The position numbers and the translations under genes are program-made. A stretch of DNA of 43,616 nt from NCBI GenBank assembly GCA_043228905.1, contig JBHGNT010000261.1, forward strand, positions 1 through 43,616. Reading direction: 5' to 3'. Of this stretch, positions 34,906 through 43,616 are shown piece after piece. The notes under the pieces were generated by a model. That model saw only the letters and a program-made list of their open reading frames with translations. It was not told where the DNA came from and did not search any database. The DNA comes from Azolla caroliniana (taxonomy: Eukaryota; Plantae; Polypodiophyta). The stretch's first letter is position 1. Every line of letters begins with the position of its first letter.

Positions 34906-37900
34906 CCATACGTACAGATATTTTGAATTCGAGGCAACCTTTGTAACCCACTACATGTAGATTATGTCACCACAAGGTTTTATGTATTGTATTTGTTAAT
35001 TATGAGACTTTTTTCGTCTAAGCTATCTCCAACCTGAACTAGACTTGTTGTTTCCATTGCCGGGACTTGAACCCGGGTCGCTCGGGTGAAAGCCGAGTAT
35101 CCTAACCAACTAGACTACAAGGGAGTATAGAGTTGATAGAGTTGAAAGCTCTTTCTCTAAAATAAAATAAAATCTCAATTAACCATAAATTGCAGAAATG
35201 AAAGATTCCTCAATGGTTAGGAATAGAGTGAATAATTTTAACATGCAAGATTTAATTAGAAATTTCAGGCAAGATTTAATTACATATTTATGCTAAGACT
35301 TAATTTTGAATGCAGTAGTCACATGAGACACTTTAGGTTTTTCAACACGTATTGTCCTTTCAAATTCGATACGTATGAATATTTTGAATTGTAGGCAACC
35401 ATTGTAACCCACTAAATGTAGATTATGTCTCCACAAGGGTCTATGTCTTGTATTTGTTAATTATGAGACTTTTTTTTTACAAGATGCAGCCTAAACTAGA
35501 CTTGTTGTTTCCATTACCGGGACTTGAACACAGGTCACTCAGGTGAAAGACGAGTATCCAACCAACAAGATTACAACGGAGTACGGAGTTGATAGAGTTG
35601 AAGGATAATTCTTTAAAATAAAATAAGATCTCAATTAACCATAAATTGCAGAAACGCAATATTCCTTAATGATTAGGAATATAGTTAATAATTCCAACAA
35701 GCAAGATTTAATTAGAGATTTATGCAAAGACGTAATTTTGAATTCGCAAGTCACATGAGACGCATTACTTTTCCAACACGTATTATCCTTTCAAATTTGA
35801 TACGTATGGATATTTCGAATTGGAGCCAACCATTGTAACCCACTACATGTAGATTATGTCAACAGAAGGTTTTATGTCTTGTATTTATTAATTATGAGAC
35901 GTATTTTTTACAAGATGCAACCTGAACTAGACATGTTGTTTCCACTGTCGATACTTGAACTTGGGTTGCTCGGGTGAAAGCCGAGTATCCTACCCAACTA
36001 GACTACCATGGAATACGGAGTTGATCTAGTTGAAGCATATTTCTCTAAAATAAAAGAAAATCTCAATTACCCATAAATTTCAAAAACACAAGACTCCTCA
36101 ATGATTTGGAATAGACTGAATAATTCTAACAGGCAAGATTTACTTAAATATTTATGGGAAGATTTAATTAGATATTTATACTAAGACTTAATTTTGAATG
36201 CACTCGTCACATGAGACGCTTTAGGTTTTTCAACACGTATTATCCTTTAAAATTCGATACGTATGAATATTTTGAATTGTGGGCAACCATTGTAACCCAC
36301 TAAATGTAGATTATGTCTCCACAAGGGTCTATGTCTTGTATTTGTTAATTATGAGACTTTTTTTTTACAAGGCGGGTATCCTAACCAACTAAACCATAAT
36401 GGAGTACGGCGTTAATAGACTTGAAGGATCTTACTCTAAAATAAAATAAAATTTCCATTAACCATAAATTGCAGAAACGCAAGATTTAATAAATAGTTTG
36501 AATTATAGGCAACCATTGTAATCCACTACATGTAGATTATGTCACCACAAGGTTTTACGTCTTGTATTTTTTAATTATGAGACTTTTTTTGTAGAAGAAG
36601 CAGCCTGAACTACACTTGATGTTTCCATTACCGGGACTTGAACCCGGGTCGCTTGAGTGAAAGCTGAATATCCTAACCAACCAGACTACATTGGAGTACG
36701 GAATTGATATAGTTGAAGCATCTCTCCCTAAAATAAAATAAAATCTCAATTAACCATAAATTTCAAAAATGCAAGACTCCTCAATGATTAGGAATAGACT
36801 CAATAAGTCTAACAGGCAAGATTTAATTAGATATTTATGTTAAGACATAATTTTGAATACACTCGTCACATGAGACGTTTTAGGTTTTTCAACACGTATT
36901 ATCCTTTCAACTTTGATACGTATGGCTATTTTGAATTGGAGGCAACCATTTTAACCCACTACATGTTGATTATGTCACTACAAGGTTTTATGTCTTGTCT
37001 TTGTTAATTATGAGACATTTTTCGTCTAAGATGTATCCAACTTGAATTAGACTTGTTGTTTCCATTGCCGGGACTTGAACCCGGGTCGCTCGGGTGAAAG
37101 CCGAGTATCCTAACCAACTAAACTACAATCGAGTACGGAGTTGATAAAGTTGAAGCATCTTTCTCTAAAATGAAATAAATTTCCATTAACCATAAATTGC
37201 AGAAACGCAAGATTCCTCAATGATTATGAAAATAGTGAATCATTCTAACAGGCAAGATTTAATTACATATTTATGCTAAGACATAATTTCTAATGCGCAT
37301 GTCACATGAGACGCTTGAGGTTTTTCAACATGTATTATCCTTTCCAATTTGATATGTATGGATATTTCGAATTGGAGGCAACCATTGTAACCCACTACAT
37401 GTAGATTATGTCACCACAACGTTTTATGTCTTGTATTTGTTAATTATGAGACTTTTTTTTTACAAGATGTATCCAACCTGAACTAGATTTGCTGTTCCCA
37501 TTCCCAAGACTTGAACCGGGGTCGTTCGGCTAAAAGCCGTGTATCCTAACAAACTAGACTACAATGGAGTACGGAGTTGCTAGATTTGGAAGCTCTTTCT
37601 CTAAAATACAATAAAATCTCAATTAACCATAAATTGCAGAAACGCAAGATTCCTCAATCATTAGGAATAGAGTGAATAATTCTAACATGCAAGATTTAAT
37701 TAGATATTTATGGCAAGATTTAATTAGATATTTATGCTAAGACTTAATTTTGGATGCACTAGTCACATGACACGCTTTAGATTTTTCAACACGTATTATC
37801 CTTTCCAATACGATACGCATGGATATTTTAAATTGGAGGAAACCATTGTAAGCCACTTCATGTAGATTATATCACAACAACGTTTTATGTCTTGTATTTC

Positions 37901-40900
37901 CTAATTATGAGACGTTTTCCGTAGAAGATGCAACCTGAACTAGACTGATGTTTCGCTTGCCGGCACTTGAACCCGGGTTGCTCCGGTGAAAGCCGAGTAT
38001 CCTAACCAACTAGACTACAATGGAGTACAAAGTTGATAGAGTTGAAGGCTCTTTCTCTGAAATAAAATAAAACCTCAATTAACCATAAATTGCTAAAACG
38101 CAAGATTCCTCAATGATTAGGAATATAGTGAATAATTCTAACATGCAAGATTTAATTAGAAATTTCTGGCAAGATTTAATTAGATATTTATGCTACGACT
38201 TAATTTTTAGTGCACTAGTCACATCAGACATTTTAGGTTTTCCAACACGTAATATCCTTTCAAAATCGATATGTATGGATATTTCGAATTCTAGGCAACC
38301 ATTGTAACCCACTACATGTAGATTATGTCTCCAAAAGGGTTTATGTCTTGTATTTGTTAATTATGAGACTTTTGTTTTACAAGATGCAGCCTGAACTACA
38401 CTTGTTGTTTCCATTGCCAGGACTTGAACTCGGGTCGCTCAAGTGAAAGTCGAGTATCCTAACCAACTACACTACAATGGAGTACGGAGTTGATAGAGTT
38501 GAAGGATCTTTCTCTAAAGTAAAATAAAATGTCGATTAACCCTAAATTGGAGAAACGCAAGATTCCTTAATGATTAGGAATAGAGTGAATAATTCTAAGA
38601 GGCAAGATTTAATTAGATATTTATGCTAAGACTTAGTTTTGAATGCGCAAGTCACATGAAGACGCTTTAGGTTTCACAAGTCACATTAGACGCTTTAGGT
38701 TTTTCAAAACGTATTATCCTTTCAAATTCGATACGTATGGATATCTTTAATTGGAGGAAACCGTTGTAACCCATTACATGTAGATTATGTCACCACAAGG
38801 TTTTATGTCTTGTCTCTATTAATTATGAGACTTTTTTCGTCTAAGATGTATCTAACCTGAAGTAGATTTATTACATATTTATGCAAAGACTTAATTTTGA
38901 ATGGGCAAGTCATATGAGACGCTTTAGGTTTTTCAACATGTATTATCCTTTCAAATTCGATACGTATGGATATTTAGAATTGGACCTAAGCATTGTAACC
39001 CACTATATGTAGATTATGTCAGCACAAGGTTTTATGTGTTGTATTTATTAATTTTGAGACTTTTTTTTTACAAGATGTATTCAACATGAACTAGACTTGC
39101 TGTTCTCATTCCCGGGATTTGAACCCGGGTCGCTTGGTTGAAAGCCCTGTATCCTAACCAACTAGACTACAATGGAATACGGACTTGATAAAATTTCAAT
39201 TAACCATAAATTGCAGAAACGCAAGATTCCTCAAACATTAGGAATACACTGAATAATTCTCACATACAAGATTTAATTAGATATTTCTGGCAAGATGTAA
39301 TTAGATATTTATTTCAAGACTTAATTTTGATTGCACTAGTCACATGAGAGGCTTTAGGTTTTTCAACACGTATTATCCTTTCAAATTCGATACGTATGGA
39401 TATTTTGAATTGTAGGCAACCATTGTAACCCACTACATGTAGATTATGTCCCCACAAGGGTTTATGTCTTGTATTTGTTAATTATGAGACTTTTTTTTTA
39501 CAAGATGCAACCTGAACTAGACTTGTTGTTTCCATTGCCGGGACTTGAACCCGGGTCGCTCGGGTGAAAGCCGAATATCCTAACCAACTAGACTACAATG
39601 GAGTACGGAGTTGATAGAGTTGAGGGATCTTTCTCTAAAATAAAATAAAATCTCAATTAACCATAAATTGCAAAAACGAGAGATTCCTCAATGATTACGA
39701 ATAGAGTGAATAATTCTAACATGCAAGATTAAATTAAATATTTATGCTAAGACTTAATTTTAAATGCACAAGTCACATGAGACGCTTTAGGTTTTTTAAC
39801 ACGTATTATACTTTCAAATTCGAAATGCATATTTTGAATTGGAGGCAACCATTGTAACCCACTACATGTACATTATGTCACTACCAGTTTTTATGCCTTG
39901 TATTTGTCAATTATGAGACTTTTTCGTACAAGATACAACTTGAACTAGACTTGATGTTTCGATTGCCGGGACTTGAACCCACGTCGCTCAGGTGAATGTT
40001 GAGTATCGTAATCAACTAGACTACAATGGACTAGGGAGTTGATAGAGTTGAAGTATCTTTCTCTAAAATAAAATAAGATCTCAATTAACCATAAATTGCA
40101 GAACGGCAAGATTTCTCAAGCATTAGGAATAGAGTGAATAATTCTCACATACAAGATTTAATTACATATTTATGCTAAGACTTAATTTTGAATGCGCAAG
40201 TCACATGAGACGATTGAGGTTTTTCAACATGTATTATCCTTTCCAATTCGATACTTATGGATATTTTGAATTGGAGGCAACCATTGTAAACCACTACATG
40301 TATATGATGTCACCACAAGGTTTTATGTCTTGTATTTGTTAATTATGAGACTTTTTCGTACAAGATAGAACTTGACATAGACTTGTTGTCTCTCTAAAAT
40401 AAAATTAAAGGATATTTCTCCAAAATATAATAAAATCTCAATTAATCATAAATTGCAGAAACTCAAGATTCCTCAATGATTAGGAATACAGTGAATAATT
40501 CTAACACGCAAGATTTAATTAGATATTTATTGTAAGACGTAATTTAGAATGGGCAAGTCATATCAGACGCTTTAGGTTTTTCAACACGTGTTATCCTTTC
40601 AAATTCGATACGTATAAATATTTTGAATTGCAGGCAACCAGGGTAACCCACTACATGTAGATTAAGTCAGCACAAGGTTTTATGCCTTGTATTTATCAAT
40701 TATGAGACTTTTTCGTACAAGATGCAACTTGAACTAGATTTGATGTTTCGATTGTCGGGACTTGAAGCCGGGTCGATCGGGTGAAAGCCAAGTATCCTAA
40801 GCAACTAGACTAGAATGGAGTATGGAGTTGATAGAGTTGAAGGATGTTTCTCTACAATAAAATAAAATCTTAATTCACAATTTCTCAATGATTATGAATA

Positions 40901-43616
40901 TAGTTAATAATTCCAAGAATCAAGATTTAATTAGATATTTATGCTAAGAATTAATTTTGAATGCGCATGTCACATGAGACGTTTTACGTATTTTAACACG
41001 TATTATCCTTTCAAATTCGATACGTATGGATATTTCTAATTGGAGCCAACCATTGTAACCCACTACATGTAGATTATGTCACCACAAGGTTATATGTCTT
41101 GTAATTATTAATTATGAGACTTTTATTTTACAAGACGCAACCTGAACTAGACTTGTTGTTTCCATGGCCGGTACTTGAACCCGGTTTGCTGGGGTGAAAG
41201 CCAAGTATCCTAACCAACCAGACTACAATGGAGTACGGAATTGATATAGTTGAAGAATCTATCTCTAAAATAAAATAAAATCTCAATTAACCATAAATTT
41301 CAAAAACGCAACACTCCTCAATGATTAGGAATAGAATGAATAATTCGAAAATAGGCAAGATTTAATAAGATATTGATGCTAAGACTTAATTTTGAATGCA
41401 CTAGTCACATGAGACGCTTTAGGTTTCTCAACACGTATTATCCTTTCAAATTCGATACGTATGAATATTTTGAATTGTAGGAAACCATTGTAACGCACTA
41501 CATGTAGATTATGTCACCACAACGTTTTATGTCTTGTCTTTGTTAATTATGTCACTTTTTTTGTAGAACATGCAACCTAAACTACACTTGATGTTTCCAT
41601 TGCCGGTACTTGAACCCAGGTCGCTGGGGTGAAAGCCAAGTATCCTAACCAATTAGACTACATTGGAGTACGGAGTTGGTAGAGTTGAAGACTCTTTCTA
41701 TAAAATAAAATAAAAGAAAATCTCAATTAACCATAAATTGTTGAAACGCAGGATTCCTCAATGATTAGGAATAGAGTGAACAATTCTAACATGCAAGATT
41801 TAATTAGATATTTCTGGCAAGATTTAATTAGATATTTATGCTAAGATTTAATTTTGAATGCACTAGTCACATGAGACGCTTTAGGTTTGTCAACATGTAT
41901 AATCCTTTCAAATTTGATACGTATGGATATTCTGAACTGGAGGCAACCATTGTAACCCAGTACAGGTAGATGATGTTACCACAAGGTGTTATGTTTTGTA
42001 TTTGTCAATTATGAAACTTTCTTCATATAAAATGTATGCAACTTGAAATAGACTTGATGTTTCCAGTGCCAGGACTTGAACTCGGGTGGCTCGGGCGAAA
42101 GTCGAGTATCGTAACCAACTAGACTACAACGGAGTATGGAGTGAATAATTCAAACCGCCAAGATTTAAGTAGATATTTATAGTAAGACTTAATTTTGAAT
42201 GTGCAAGTAAACATGATACGCTTTAGGTTTTTCAACACGTATTTTGAATTGGAGGCAACCATTGTAACCCACTACATGTAGATTATGTCACAACAAGGTT
42301 TTATGTCTTGTATTTGTCAATTATGCGACTTTTTTCGTACAGGATACAACCTGAACTAGACTTGATGTTTCCATTGTCGGGACTTGCACCCGGGTCGCTC
42401 GGTTGAAAGACTAGTATCCTAACCAACTAGACTACAATGGAGTATGGAGTTGATAAAGTTGAAGGATGTTTCTCGAAAATAAAATAAAATGTCAATTAAC
42501 AATAAATTGCAGCTTGAAATACACCTTATATTTCCATTGCCCGGATATGAACCTGGTTCGCTTGGGTGATCGCCGAGTATCCTAACGAACTAGACTACAA
42601 TGGAGCATGGAGTTGATAAACGGAAGGATGTTTCTCTAAAATAAAATAAAATCTTTATTAACCATGAATTGCGGAAACGCAACATGACACATGATATCCT
42701 AGTGTTGCCTTCGTGGTTCTTCGTTTACTAAAGGAGATGATCAAGCATGTTTCGTTTGAAATGAAATGTGATTTTATCCCCTTGAATGAATTATCGGAAA
42801 ATGTCGTTACTTTAATTAAACGATATACCTCCTACTTATGATACGAGGGAAATTGAGTTCAATCGGCTAATATATAAAGCTTTATGTTATAGAAGACGAT
42901 ATTTTTATAAAACTAAAAGATTCCTGAATGATTATGAAACCTTTTTCATATAAGATATATGCACCTTGAACTAGACTTGATGTTTCCATTGCCGGGCCTT
43001 GAACCTAGGTTGCTCGAGGGAAAGTTGAGTTTCCTAACCAACTAGACTACAGTGGAGTATGGAGTTGACAAAGTTGAAGGATGTTTCTCTAAAATAAAAT
43101 AAAGTCTCAATTAATCATAAATTGTAGAAATGCAAGATTTCGCAATCATTAGGAACTGAATAATTCTAACCGCCAAAATTTTGTTAGATATTTATTGTAA
43201 AACTTAATTTTGAATGCGCAAGTCACATGCGACGCTTTAGGTTTTTCAACACGTATTATCCTTTCAAATTCGATACGTATGGATATTTCGAATTGAAGGC
43301 AACCATTGTAACCCAGTACATGTAGATTTTGTATGTGAAGACAAGGTTTTATGTCTTGTATTTGTCAATTATGAGACTTTTTTTGTATAAGATGTATCCA
43401 ACTTGAACTAGACTTGGTATTACCATTGTCGGGACTTGAACACGGGTCGCTCGGGTGAAACCTGAATATCCTTACCAGCTAGACTACAATGGAGTATTGA
43501 GGTTACAAAGTTAAAGGATATTTCTCTAAAATAAAATAAAATCTCAATTAACCATAAATTGCGGAAACACAAAATGACACATGATATCCTACTGTTGCCT
43601 TCGTGGTTCTTCGTTT
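34906..43616 (-). repeat. tRNA-Glu array subfamily A; 35059-43616 is a second copy of 1-8856
   Basis: Unit-by-unit private variants match 1-8856. The ORF track shows near-identical spurious ORFs at 419/35477 and 1497/36555 (offset 35058) and 3279/38113. Confidence 0.95.
39530..39602 (-). tRNA. tRNA-Glu(UUC), near-intact (U-G wobble in anticodon stem)
   Basis: Consensus except ccgaat for ccgagt. Confidence 0.8.

Noticed and set aside
32355-34951. Minus-strand and alternate-frame ORFs in the Copia region
   Set aside because: Explained as shadows or fragments of the decayed plus-strand gag-pol and LTR.

Overview
Eukaryotic, most likely land-plant, repetitive DNA with no ordinary host protein genes. 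About 36 kb is a tandem array of tRNA-Glu(UUC) genes and pseudogenes on the minus strand (roughly 85-90 copies by hand count, ~430-460 bp monomers, two spacer subfamilies, 616-bp and ~1.5-kb higher-order repeats). Bases 1-8856 recur at 35059-43616, implying a ~35-kb mega-unit. Two retroelements interrupt the array. (1) A 5.2-kb endonuclease-less Penelope-like element (PLE, 23020-28212) has ORF1, a predicted -1 ribosomal frameshift into the RT, and a minimal hammerhead ribozyme. It is flanked by an exact 130-bp direct duplication containing a whole intact tRNA-Glu gene. (2) A decayed, permuted Ty1/Copia fragment (RNaseH end-PPT-LTR-PBS-gag-PR-IN, ~32354-34890). The last ~20 bp of this LTR appear built into the upstream flank of one tRNA spacer subfamily. 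Coordinates and counts were read by eye.
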